Of a stretch of DNA of 33,593 bases, positions 21,639 through 33,593 are shown in pieces; positions within the stretch are counted from its first letter, which is position 1; each line of letters starts with the position of its first letter. Both the position numbers and the translations under genes were made by a program. The DNA comes from Perkinsus olseni (lineage: Eukaryota). The stretch covers positions 1 through 33,593 of the forward strand of contig JABANN010000386.1 of NCBI GenBank assembly GCA_013115125.1. Direction: 5' to 3'. The notes under the pieces were generated by a model. It searched no databases. It was not told the origin of the DNA and saw only the letters and a list, made by a program, of their open reading frames with translations.

Positions 21639-24600
21639 CTAACGCAAGCACCCCGAGCGATCCGAAATGCACCCACAGGCGCCATGCAGCGGAATCCATG
21701 CTAGTTGCAGTTAGAGTTATCGAAGCCCAGAGTCCTCACCGACAGACCGGTTGAAGCAGAGGCATTCGTCGGCAGCGAACTGTCCTCATTGTCTATCATT
21801 AGTGATCCTGATCGGGCGATATCTCCCAAGATTCGACCACTAATGAGCCTTACCAAGTCTATTCATCACTCTCGTGACGGCGAGGGAGTCCGCTTTCTGC
21901 CGCTCTCCAATATTGATCACCACGCGATCGAGAGCCCGAAGGTTTGGTAGAGCTTGAATGACAGTCAGCCGGTACCTACCAATGGTAGACTACCATCATC
22001 ACGCGCCAGAGTCTGGCGGCCAGACAGTGTATGCGACGCATACTATGCGTAGCTGACTTTAGTAGTTGGCAACTACTAGTTGCTCCGTGACCCACCAGAC
22101 AGTATCCAAGGCTGTGTTTGCGTAGGAAATCCCCACCGACTTACAAAGGAGTTCTGCAAACGGGGTTCGCTGATAGGTCCAGTCGCCGAAGTTTTTGAAG
22201 ACGATTGAGTGCCAGCCGTTCAACTTCCATGATCTGCGATATCCGATTCGACGCGACGAAGAGGCCTCTGAGGGAACGAGGGGAGCTCTAGCTGCGGAAC
22301 AAGCGAGACTTACGTCAACTTCGGAAGGTCCCCGACGAAAGCTAAGTCGTGTAGGTTGTTGTGTTCTAAGTGGAGCTCTCGCAGATTCACTGACAGGCCG
22401 GTGGGCCCCGCCAGGTTGATGGTCCTCAATGGAGTCAAGAGGGGACTTTTCATCGTAACCTCCTGTGACCAGAACTGCGCTAAGGCACACAACAGCGAAT
22501 ATCCATACCAGAAGGTGACGCGGGAGAACTCCCTGTGTCCTCCGGAATGCAGCCATCTCTCGCTTGGCTCTCATCTCAATGATGGCAGTGGACAGCTACG
22601 AACGCGTTCGCGGCAAGATTCGCAGAAGATTCGCTCACTGAAGTGATTTCCCGCGCATACGATCGAATTTGGCGCAGCTTCGCATGGTCCAAAACGAGCT
22701 CACACAGCTCAGCATATTGGCAGAGAGTAGTGCCTGAAAGTGACTGGAAGGTCGATCAGGTCTCCCGTCTAGAAGCCGCACTCGGTTCTATTTCCGTTAG
22801 CTCGTTCCCTTGTAGATGAAGGACCTTCAGAGTTTCTCCGCAAGGGAACGCGGCTCGCAGTGTGGAGAGGTTGGTGATCTTATTGAACCCTAGCTCTAGG
22901 ACCTGAGGGATCACGACCAGCATCATTCGTGTAGCTTCGGCTTCTGAAGCAGCTGCTAAGGGAACCAACTCGAGGCGGCGATTCGCCGCTGGCGAACTCA
23001 GAAGTTGACTTTCGGATATCATCTACGGTAGATGGAAATAGACAGACACTTCGAGGAAGCCCCGGATAGATGGAGGGCCGGATTGCCAACTCACTTGCAA
23101 GGACAGGAATCTGTTGTAAACCTTCATTCGGCCCGGGTCGACTGAGGCTGCATCAAGAAGACCTGCGAGCTCTTCTCAAGAGGAGCCACTATTTCGAGCT
23201 GCGGTCACACCCCACCAGACAGGCCTTCGGATGCGAGGTCCAGTCGATTGTTGTTGAGCGTGAGCACGAGGAGCCTCGGGAGGGAGCCCAGCCCACCGAG
23301 GTGGTGCAAACGGTTGTTATTCAAATGGAGTTCTCTGAAGCCGGCAAATCACGACTGTTCCGACGGGACAGATTTTGATGCCAAGGCGATGGTGTCGAAC
23401 TTGAGATTCGGGAAGGAGCTTTCGGAGAGAAGCTGCTCGCCGAGGTTGCGAAGCTTCAAATCTTCCAGTTTCAGGACTTCTACGTTCCATCCGAGTAGAG
23501 GACGAGCGAGCAACCTGCAAAACACCAAGGTGTTTGCACGCGATCGTAAAGATTCTTTGAGAATCACCAGCGCTGCGGCGGAGCGGAGCGCTGATCATAG
23601 GCTCACCGTTCTTCTAACACCTCCACTGTGAGTATACCATGAAACCGAGCTCGAGCCCGGCGGAGCATCGCCGGTGAGATGATCTTCCCGTTCAGTATCT
23701 ACTGGGGTTACCTTCCTTCTTCCATTGCCACGGGTATCGGTTAGGATGATTGGAGCCGACCAGGGAGGCTCCCCTCCCTGGGAGGGCTCGCTTTGTCGTA
23801 TCGGCGACCACTCGCCATGCGAGTGATTCACCATTATACTGCTGACGAGTTGAGAATCTCAACTTGAGATTGACTTCTCCACAGGAGAGTCTTCAGTATC
23901 TATCCGGTCATTGGTTACCGGCTAGCAGGACTGTTGGATTTCGCTTCACATAACCCGGTTTTCGTCTCCCCGACAAACTCTGGCGACCCTCAGCTGATAT
24001 TCTCGCCGAGAATATCCGACAATTTCTCGGCGCGTCTTTACGCCATTCTCACTTGCAAACCGCTGGTTGCAGCACTAGTAACCTCCGCTGTTTCCTTCCT
24101 ATCAGACAGCGAGCATCTCAAGTGGAACAATATGAATCTGCGTGCAAGGAGAGGTTATAGTATGTGTAGAGAGGCAGGTGTTCACTCTTCACTATGCTCA
24201 TCTGCCATCATCGGGTTGCCTGCAACATCGAGGACTGCGAAGTGCAAAAGGCTCCGCAGAACGAGGGTCGAGCGCAGTTCTGTCAACAGATTGCCGGCAG
24301 CGTAACTGTTCAGAAGCCCTCAGCAATCCACAAGCAGCATGTCTTCTCTGCTCACAGAGCCCGCAGAGTGGTCATCTTCGAAATGACCTCCAGTGAGTCG
24401 AGACGGTTGAAGCTCACGTCCAGGACCTCTTCCAAAAAAGTCAGAGAGCCGGACGTCAGAGAACCGGACTTCGATCCACCTGGATTCCCTTCCCACATGG
24501 CCCCTCAGAGAACCCTGATGTCTGTAATCCTCGAATGATATTCTGCGAGACGTCCAATAGCCGGATGAGGCAGGCAGAAAGCAGCTCGCTCAGACCTGCG

Positions 24601-27600
24601 CCGACTTGAAGCTACAGTTCAAATTGAACTGTTCAAGACACGGTCTTGTTACCGTCAAGCTCCGTGATATAGTTTCTGGCTAGTGAGAGCTCTTCAAGAG
24701 AGTGGAGGTGCTCTGAGCAGTGGTCGACGAATGCTTCACAGTGCCCACCGAGACCGCAGGATTCCAGCTTGAGTATACGAATGCGCCCGCACGGAGCTTG
24801 CTGAGGAGGAGGAGGAGGAGGAGCAGAGCATTGGACTCCAACAACTCATCTACTATTGATACCATTGTTGATTGGACCGACTTCACAAGTACTCTTCAGT
24901 CGAAGCTCGACTGTCGAACACACACGAAGTTGAACTGGTAGGCGTGAATGGTGATAGCGCAGACAAGCATACTCTAGAGAGACTACCGTACCGATAGCTT
25001 CTTGCCGAGTCTCCTGATGAGCTGCGCTCCAACCATATCCGGTTCAGATTCCACGATAATGGCTGCTCTCCCTTGGCCTTGCCCTTGGTCATCCGAAGAT
25101 ACGCCATACCTACAACTCAATGTTTCACAGCCCGGGCTCAGAGTCGCGGAGCGTTCCTTGCTAGCGTCAAGCGTCCATCTTCTCGAACGGCAGGTACACC
25201 CTGGTAATTGCTAGTGTAGCCGGATGAGATCCGGGGCGGTCCCCCAAGTAGCTCACCCCATGTCAGACGTGAATGCGCCCCCTAGGGCAAGACCGGCATC
25301 TCGCATACTCGCCATAGAAACAGTTTCTTTGGCGAGAATCTGAAGCTCTCGACCTCCACATCAACACGCACGACAGAGTCACACTTTTGTCGGAGAAGCG
25401 TCCCCGTCACAGTTGGTCAGAACGTCATCTCCATCCAGTAACACAAGCTGAGGCAAGTATCGTTTCACCTGTAATGAACCTGTATTCTGGCTAGGAGCCT
25501 CCCAGTGGGAGGGCGAAAGAAGAATCTTGCCTGTCTCTGCACTCCCCGCGGAGACCATAGGTTGCCCCGAAGCCCGAGAGATCGCAAAGTACCACCAACA
25601 TCCAGCGCGAGGACGCCAAGTAGCCCCTCTAAGTCAATTAGGGAGTTGAATGCGACGTTGAGAGTGTCGAGGTTATTCAGTCTCGCCAGTTGGCCTTGTG
25701 TGATGGCAAGCAGCCTATTGTGAGATAGATCGAGGAACCGTATACTGAAACAGGAGGGATGGGAGTCTGACCCAGCGCCGCATCACATCATTACTCATGG
25801 ACCTTCGGGCCGCTGGTGATCGGCGTTGAGAGCCAGTCGAGACTCTCAAGGTTATTGTATGAAACATCCAAGCCAGAGAGCTCCTCCTCGGAATAAGATG
25901 ATAGAAACTGACACTCGCGGTGGGGAAGTGGCTCGAGGGGAGGGACGGGAGCCTCATCGACGAACATACCCCTGAGGAGCGCCGGTTCGCCTGCCCCCCG
26001 GCTTCTTACGGTGATATCATCAAGATTGAGTCCAGAGAGACGCAAAACACCCGTGACGTCTGAAGTGCAGGGAGTTGACTTAATAGTCGACTGGTCGTCG
26101 GCGACTTCTGAAGAGGCAGAGACTTCTAGCCAGCCGAAGAGAGATGAGACCCTCATCATGTGGGCCCCTCACCCTGGGACGTCTCCCCGATGCTCTCGAT
26201 CTCCCGACGGAGAGAAGCCGACAGTGCTCGGCAGTCCACCCAGACTGGGTTGTCCTGCGCCGCAGGATTCTCTGCACGATGGGTCCTAGACCCTCTGCGA
26301 TGGACAAGACTCCTGTCGTGAACGTCGTCAAGCGGCTGGATGGTTCCACCTGGTTAGCTCTAACGCGATTTCTACTTCCGCCACCGGCAGAACCAGCGTG
26401 TCCTGAAGCGAGGAGCTCTAGCCGCTTAATCGGAGATTCTGATTCAGGGTTGCTCTCACGTCGATTGCAGCTTCACTTAGCACCTCCTCGCGCTGGATGA
26501 AACGTTTCCCGATGACAACAGAGCCCAAGGGAAGTGTGGAGCTCCAGGAGCTGCATTGGGGTAGAAGCGAGTTCACGAAGCGACCCGCCCATGAGAGCTA
26601 CTGTGCCTTTGTCCACTCCTCGGTGATCATGCGTACGTAGAGGCGCCCCACATCAGCTGACAAGGTATCCCCCAAACGAGGCCTTGTTGCATCCAGTAGA
26701 CACTTAGTTGGCCTCCCATCGACCAAATAGACAAACTCTAGGTCCTCATTGGACGGCGTGGTTTTACGCAGAATCGTCGGCGTTGGCACAACGGAGCGCG
26801 TCACATCTGAGAGGGCCACTCGGAAGTCTGTGCTGGTGAGTCCGTTTAGTGATCGATCGAGGGTCGATGTCACACGCTGGTGACTGAATTTCTCTTTCTA
26901 TTAATGAGACGGCAGAATACTGCCTTATTCGATTGCAAGAGACTCCACGCTTCGATGGCAATCCCTACCTCGCCTTGCTGACGATTGACGCACCAACTCG
27001 TCCAGGTGCCGCGTACAGCTCTGAGAGGTACAGACATTACCGCTCTTTGTGTAGCACCATGGCGGTATTGACCAGTTGTGAGCGAGAGGGAACGTGCATT
27101 GGTCAATAGAAATGTCCACTCACAGCATTGAAACAATCCGTAGCATACGTATCTTCCACTTCTAGGAAAGACCGGATGACGGCATGGCTGTCGGTCCAAT
27201 ACTGACGAAGATTTAGCTCTTCGCCGTGAATATCGTGGATGAGATCGCCTGACTCAGGTGGTCAAGGTTGTCGATGTTGAAGAACGATCGAATCGAAGTA
27301 AGCTACCCAACTCCTGCAGCGTTGGTGAAGTATCCCTGATGAACTGCGTGATTCCCGGCGGAGGAATTCCGGCGTGAAGGTCGAGGGGTCGACAGGTGAT
27401 GTTGCCGAAGGTCACCTAGGCAAGTCATTATCCCACCATTGCGGTCGAAATGGTATCATTGCTACCATAGCAACCACGCAAATTCTTTGAGTACGGATCG
27501 ATCGGTTGATAGAAGGCAGCATCGGGCAGGTCGCCGTTGGTGACTCGCCGAACGACAAGATACGCCGAGACGACCACTCTTGCCTGTTCGGTATGCACTC

Positions 27601-30244
27601 TCTCGAGGAACCTCTTGAGAGATGAATCAATCATGTCCAGCGTGTGCACCCAGCAGGCGTCAACATGATCTTCGGCCCGTTTCTAATGAGTTGGTAGTGA
27701 AGTGAGGCCAACCAGTCGGCAGAGCTTACCATCTTCGACAAGATGGTGGACCGCTCGTTTCCAACGACCGATTCACAGGCAGTATGCGGATGAGTGGCTG
27801 AGCGTATTCCGCGGTGTATCTGATCGACCGCGGTTTCTCCGGTACTTTCAAACTGAAAATATCGTGATAAGGAAAAATAAAAAACCAACAAGCGTCGCCG
27901 TACAAGGCGAACTAGTTGCGCGCCACAAACCGTGGGTGAGCTGGAAGGTAATAGCAGCAGCGTGGGAAGAGCGAACCTCGAGCCAAGAAGGTTCGAACGG
28001 CGAACTCTCAGAGAACTCAAATAAGTCTACCAATTCCGAAGTAAATCCAAGCTTAGCGCTCGCAAGTACATAGCTTGAGCGGAGCGAACCGTCGCAACAA
28101 TACAAAGGCGAGCGAAGGAGGAAGAAGAAGAAGATCCTTTCAGTGAAAGGATCTTCCTCCGCCTTGTGAAAGGCTCTCACACAAGGTCCATATCAAGTTG
28201 TAACTATAAGGACTAACAATCTTCAGGACCAACGAGATGCCGCACCTGCCGATTACGGCGAGTGGAATAGCCTCGAGGTTTACTCCGCGTCAGGCTGAGT
28301 AACTCAGCTGCGAAAAGCACGATGTCCCTCCCGGTCACCAGTCGCTTCAGGGGGCGCAGCATCTCTTCCGCGACTCTCTCAGCGAGCTGATTCCTCTCCC
28401 AGACAAGTCTACGTCGCCTCATATCGTAGAACCTGAACGCGGAGATCCCAGCCTCTCTTCAAACGGGACAACTCATCGCTTTCATTCTTACATGGTAGCG
28501 TGTTCGGCTTGAGCCCTCGAGCTGACCTTGAACTCCTCCGATACCAAAGATCGATTCAGCACACGCAGTCCTGACACGCGGCGCTATCATAGGACTTTTC
28601 CTGTCTTAAGTCGGCTCACTAGGGAACTCAGCAACCACGGCCACTGCGAAATTCGCCCTATTCGCTACCGGGCACGGAGGACCCCAGTCCGGATGTGCGA
28701 GGTCCAAGGCTGTGAGTGACGGTAGTCTTGAAACCAGACGGAGAATCTGAGCTCAAAAGATGTCCTAGAGTACAAGTTTCACGCTGAGCCGTACTGTTCC
28801 TATTTCTCGCACTTCTTCATTGGCCGCTATGCTAAGCTCTGTTAAGCACTGGAGGCAACCTTTGGATTGTCCCGATGGAGGCGCCAACGAGGCAGTCAGC
28901 TCCTTCAAGGCCTTATCAGTAATACGGTTTCGAGCGAGGTTCGCTCTCACGAGTGCTGGACATTGCTCTTCCAGTGCTGGAACGCCAGGAGACCATCGTG
29001 AATGCGCTGCGAGGGCACCTTACTTGTTAGAGTCGCTATAACGTTCCCTGCGGCGGAGAGCTCCTCGAGATATATCATCTCACCACCGAAGTCTAAGGAC
29101 TCGACATTGTTGTTGTTAACGTGGAGTTTCTTCAGCTTCGAGCCGCACAGTCTACAAACATAGGCGGTTCGGGCGGAGGCATGCAACCGGAGGTGGAAGA
29201 TTTCCTCAATTCTCACATGGTGCAGGACTTTGAGCCGAAGAAGTACAATGATCTCACCGAGCCATTCCGTTGAGAGACACGGTGCCACTATGGTCCAAGT
29301 GCAGCTCTTCCAAGTGATGCATTCGTGCTTCGCAGTCTAGGAAAGCATTCAAGGGCGTGTGTATCTAAGATGGCTCATCAACGATGAGCGCACGAATATG
29401 CTGCATAGTAGCCTCATTATTGGATGCGGCATGGTGACCTCATTTATAGATGTTTCATCACAGACAGCTGTACAGTCGAACGATACCGAAGCCATAAGGC
29501 CGATCATCAACTGATTTGCCGACCCCAGTCAATATCCCACCTCACCAGCCACAGTTTCTGTAGTCTTGGGAAGTGGTTCACGAAAACCATCATTGAGAGC
29601 GGTGCCTCGAACATCAGCTCTAAGCTGCACACATTACTCAACGTCCCTTCACTGCTTCTTCCGTCGAATCTAACAGAAAAAGGAGAAAACGGTCAAAGTC
29701 TCAGCGCGAAGACCCCGTGAGAATGCGAACATCGTTGCTACTGTAGAGGCGGATAATGGGACGACAGGAGAGTAGCCAGATGTGTACGGACTTTAATCAT
29801 TGGTTTGTACTCAGAGCCTCTGCGGCAGAGGCTCAACTCCCGCTCGGGACTCTTGTCCGAATTGGTGTTTGTAGCGCAATGGTATTGAACAGTTCAATAG
29901 ATCAGATTAGAGCAGCCCGAACACAGTGGAGTCAAGCACGCCAAAGTGATGGCAAACTTGTCGGAAGCCTAAGAGGGCTTGAAAGAAGGGAGTGTCGAGT
30001 CTCAGACCTTCTTCGACCTTCAGAAAAGCATAGTAGGGAATATCTTCAGACTTGAGGTAAGCCTGAAGCGCCTCTAGGCGCCCACTAGTAGTGGGCCGAT
30101 TCCGACTCTTCACCTCTGAGAGATGATTTCTTGGACTGCAATATGAGTGATCGGGTCCCCTCTCTCTTGTAGTGGGAGAAGAGCTCCAGCAGCTGGAGTC
30201 CAGCTCGCGGCACTCGAGAAACGCGAAGAGGTCGGTCACAGACA
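21639..30244 (-). CDS. LRRC9: Large multi-exon leucine-rich-repeat protein, LRRC9-like (both ends approximate)
   Basis: N-terminal LRRs (LKKLHVNNNNVESL, LEELSAAGNVI, LTELSIAANE) are followed by SRLPSLTALDLAHPDWGPPCPVANRANF, FYDMRRRRL and SAYL|VTFGNI, matching in order the LRRC9 motifs as I remember them. A second long LRR run follows (LDVSYNNLESL, VLELGFNKITNL, LKVLHLQGNEL, LRELHLEHNNL, LRRLDLSANPVC), then an LRRcap YRLTVIQALPNLRALDRVVINIGERQKA. Confidence 0.8.
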
Positions 30245-33192
30245 CTGCGTGAAGGTAAGGTGAGTAAGTGACCGGCTGTGACCGCTCAAGTGAAGCTACT
30301 CGGTGAAGCTGCCCACGCTAGGACACAAAGGTGTCCCAAACCAGGAAGGAGTGCAAAGCACGATCAATAGTTAACGTCAAGCTGAAGAAATTTTACCCAT
30401 CCCGACCCTCCCGGAGGGGCTGAGACTTTGGTGCAAAAGCTTGATGTCCCCGCCGTCTTGATCCCAGCGCGGCTAATGAGAGTTTCGACAAAGAGTGCGA
30501 CTTCATTCCAGCCACGCTTGGGTTCCAGGTTTACTCCGTGAAGGGTCCTACTCTTTAAACCGTCGTCCGTCTAACTGGTCCTTTCTGTCCTCATCAACAA
30601 TGGTTGTGTTAAAAAAAGTTAGTTGGGAAACGTTCAACGGCTGAAATCTAACTGGAGAAAATCTTTTCGAAGGCGCGGAGTCTCCGCGGCGGAGAGCTCG
30701 ATATGATTCTGTGGTCGATTTGAGAGTGAATCGGTGGCCCTTTCGAAGAATACTGGCAAAGACACTACAGAGAAGTACACCACAGACTTGTCTTATGTGT
30801 ACTACAGGTCTGTCGAACAGAAGACGAAGTTTGTAGTACACATTCTTCAAGGCTTTCACGTGTGTGGCATCACTCCTCGCGAACGCCGACTGCGCTGTGG
30901 GTATCGAATTGACAGCCATTGCGTGCTGCGCGAGGCGGATTGTTTCAAGTGCTGGTTGAGCTTGGGTCAACACTATTGCGCTACATTTATTGGCGGTCCA
31001 TACGACAGTCTACTCCTGTGCGCGTAGCGCAAATCAATCATCGCCACACAGTGTGATAGAAATCTCCAATGGAACGAAACCGCTATATCAGGAACCATAG
31101 AACACAGCCAATGGCGTGCGATGCAGGAAGCATTGACCTCACCCATTGGATGCTAGTATGCCCTTCAGTGACCTTTTTTCAATATCTTCATTGCAGCCAC
31201 GCTCGACCGTCATTCAGCGAGCGAAGACAACAAAAACTCCCGAGCACCATGGAGAACGGTTCTAATCTATACGAGCCGTGCGAATCTTGCAGATACGAGC
31301 CTAACACGCAAGTGCTGCTAATCTAGGTGCTAATCTGTGAGTCTACGGCGTAGGCCCTACACGGGCAATACCCGCAACAACAAAGAAAAAGGCAAGATAT
31401 TACGTCACTAGCGAAGCGCCGTCAGCCGGGGACTCGGGGGTAGTGTACCGAAGCTCTAGCGTGAATCACAGCGCACGCTGCACTGCAACTCGACTGAGAT
31501 CCTCAGCCTTGGAACCATCAGGGAGTTAGCATCGAGCATTGACGTTTGAGACGACGACCGCGAAGCGACTGGACCGAACGCAACACATACCTTTCACTGT
31601 AGTCTGGCTTTTCCAGAGCGACGGTGAGTTGAAAACCGCTGGGTTCTAACAATGACATAAGAGACGAAAAACCTGTGGGGTACGTACACGAGAGAAGGAT
31701 GAGGAGGACAGCTACACTCTGCTTGAAAGCTTGCTTTAATGAGTGCATTACATGGCATGTTCTCGTAAGCCTTTGAAGAACGGCTAGTACAAAATACCAT
31801 AACGCTTTCACAGATACCGCAAAGCTCATAGCAGATGAACGAAGAGTTAAGATGCTCATGGGGTTACCGACGGAGGCGACTTCATGCTATCCACTCGAAA
31901 GCCGTAAGTAGGGTTGGACGCCCACCAGAGCGGCTTTCACTCGAAATGTAGACGAAAACACGATCGTCTGAATCCGCGCGGATAGCCAATGCTGATTGTC
32001 TGCCGATATTGAACCTAACAGATAAGCTTTCCATTGCGACATAAGTTGATGCGCACCACAGCCATCGGCAACGAGAAATATGGCGTTAAAATCAACGGTT
32101 GAAGTCTCATCAGCGGACTACAGCTTACGCACCCGTCGCTTTCAGCGGCTTCAAGTATGATTTTTTGTGGTACCACTGTTTCACCTCGACGCATAGCCAG
32201 GGTGAGGTCTCTCGATGGGACAAAGCCGATCCTCATCTCAGTGTTTTCCGGGCTAATCGAAAGGCAAGCGAGTCATTGGTGCGGCGAAGAAGCCGAGCGA
32301 CTCACCCTCTGAAGAGTATCATGACATCTCCATTACTCAACCCCGCCATGTCGACAGGCGAGAAGCCGCCATCAGACTGAATGAGAACAGAAAGCTCGAG
32401 CGGATAATTCCCGCGGCCGCGAGAAGCGTAAATAGTCCACCGGATATCCACTACGGGAAGCATAATGCTGCATCGTCGATATACGAGACGGGAAATCAGG
32501 CTACCTCCACCAAGAAACGAGTGGGAACACCCTCATCATATGCAAAGGCGGGGTAGACATTGGGATCGCTGTTCGTAGGATCATTGCAGATCATGAGGAG
32601 GTATCAAGGGAGCCTCCCTGGAGGGAGGAGTCGATTTGGACCTATAGTGAGACACTGCCGGTATTCACTTGCCCACTTACGCATTTTTGTTATAGCTTGC
32701 GGCCCGTTCACGCATTCGTCAAGCAGCTCAGATATGTCAATCTCAGCACTCTGTTGACGTGTGACATCGCTCGCCCGATATCACACAGAATCGTAACGGC
32801 AAGATACCCTCCCATTTTGGTAGCACTATGATATTGATAAGTATTGGTCGATGATTGACACTGTAGAGATGATTATTACTATCCTCTCAGTTGGATTATT
32901 TCTTCCACTCAAACATTTCCGATTGTGTTCCCAAGGAGTCATCTTCAACATTCTACCGGAATAAGAGTAATCTCCGTTAAATGACCGGAACACCAAATCC
33001 AAGCGAATTCAAGCGGACGACAGCCAACTCCAAGAGGGCTAGAGCCGCCTTTGAAGCCGCCACGAAGACTCCAGTAGACTCGTCCGACGATAAAGAGGAG
33101 CCGAAAGGGCAACAAGACGTCGAAGCCTTCCAAAAGGAACTCATGGCATTGTTGGCCCGCCACAACTTATCGTTGGACCACCGGAAAATTGG

Positions 33193-33285
33193 TCTAATCT
33201 ATGCAAGCCACCCTAATCTATGCAAATTGTACTAATCCAAGCCAACTCCTCTAATCCAAGCGATCCTTGCTAATCTATGAAATAA
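33193..33285 (+). repeat. Five ~20-bp-spaced copies of CTAATC(T/C)A
   Basis: CTAATCTATGCAA twice, CTAATCCAAGC twice and CTAATCTATGAA once, followed by AATAAA. Confidence 0.7.
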
Positions 33286-33593
33286 ACTGCGTCGTCTAAG
33301 CCATGCAATGAACGCCTAGATTAGCCTAATCTGATTAGGCGAGCGAGCGAAGCGAGCTCGTCAGAAAAAAAACCCGGTTCGATGTTAGCAATCTCTAACA
33401 GGGTCTCTTCGCGAGCTACAGCAATGGGTGTATCATTAGCCGAAATAAGCATTGCTACCCCAAACGCAACGAAATTTACGCATACACTCGGTGTCAGACG
33501 TTCCGTCAAAGTGTAACCACGCTGCACCACTGGCTGTAAATCGCAGTCTGTGGCATTTAGTGAATCGCGTGGGTAGTAGCCACATGGCGCTGG

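Noticed and set aside
22059..22574. 171-aa ORF with an apparent signal or transmembrane segment
   Set aside because: It overlaps, in other frames of the same strand, clear LRR exons with GT-AG boundaries (LRELHLEHNNL, LRRLDLSANPVC), so it is a shadow ORF.
30548..32757. Several 65-140-aa ORFs on both strands
   Set aside because: No recognisable motifs or coherent exon chain, so a gene call cannot be supported.
33574..33593. LTR end plus tRNA primer-binding site (...AGTAGCCACA TGGCGCTGG), with AGTAGCCACA also near 3528
   Set aside because: Only 9-10 nt of signal at the window edge, with no paired LTR or target-site duplication visible.
1..33593. Spliced-leader RNA gene or relict spliced-leader sequence, tRNA, rRNA
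   Set aside because: No match to the CCGTAGCCAT...GGCTCAAG leader or to tRNA/rRNA structure was seen by eye; degenerate copies could have been missed.

Overview
Gene-dense eukaryotic (protist) genomic DNA with many short GT-AG introns. An alveolate such as Perkinsus is my inference from intron size, the RPL10 sequence and the secreted subtilisin; it is not proven. In order: a secreted S8 subtilisin whose C-terminus is disrupted (+); a small secreted-type ORF (-); an 889-bp foldback DNA transposon with 212-240-bp terminal inverted repeats (TIRs); a multi-exon coiled-coil gene (+); a multi-exon gene with several OB-fold-like segments resembling POT1/TEBP-alpha (+); two copies of a GTAC-rich hAT-type MITE; a calmodulin-like EF-hand gene (-) head-to-head with RPL10 (+); a degenerate inverted copy of the 3' part of the neighbouring LRR gene (+); a ~1.2-kb minisatellite of ~24 hairpin-forming units inside a palindrome-rich 2-kb block; a large LRRC9-like gene (-); and a poorly explained, repeat-containing tail. 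No CRISPR array, rRNA or tRNA was seen. Exon models were read by eye and gene ends are approximate where stated. Family comparisons come from remembered motifs, not searches.
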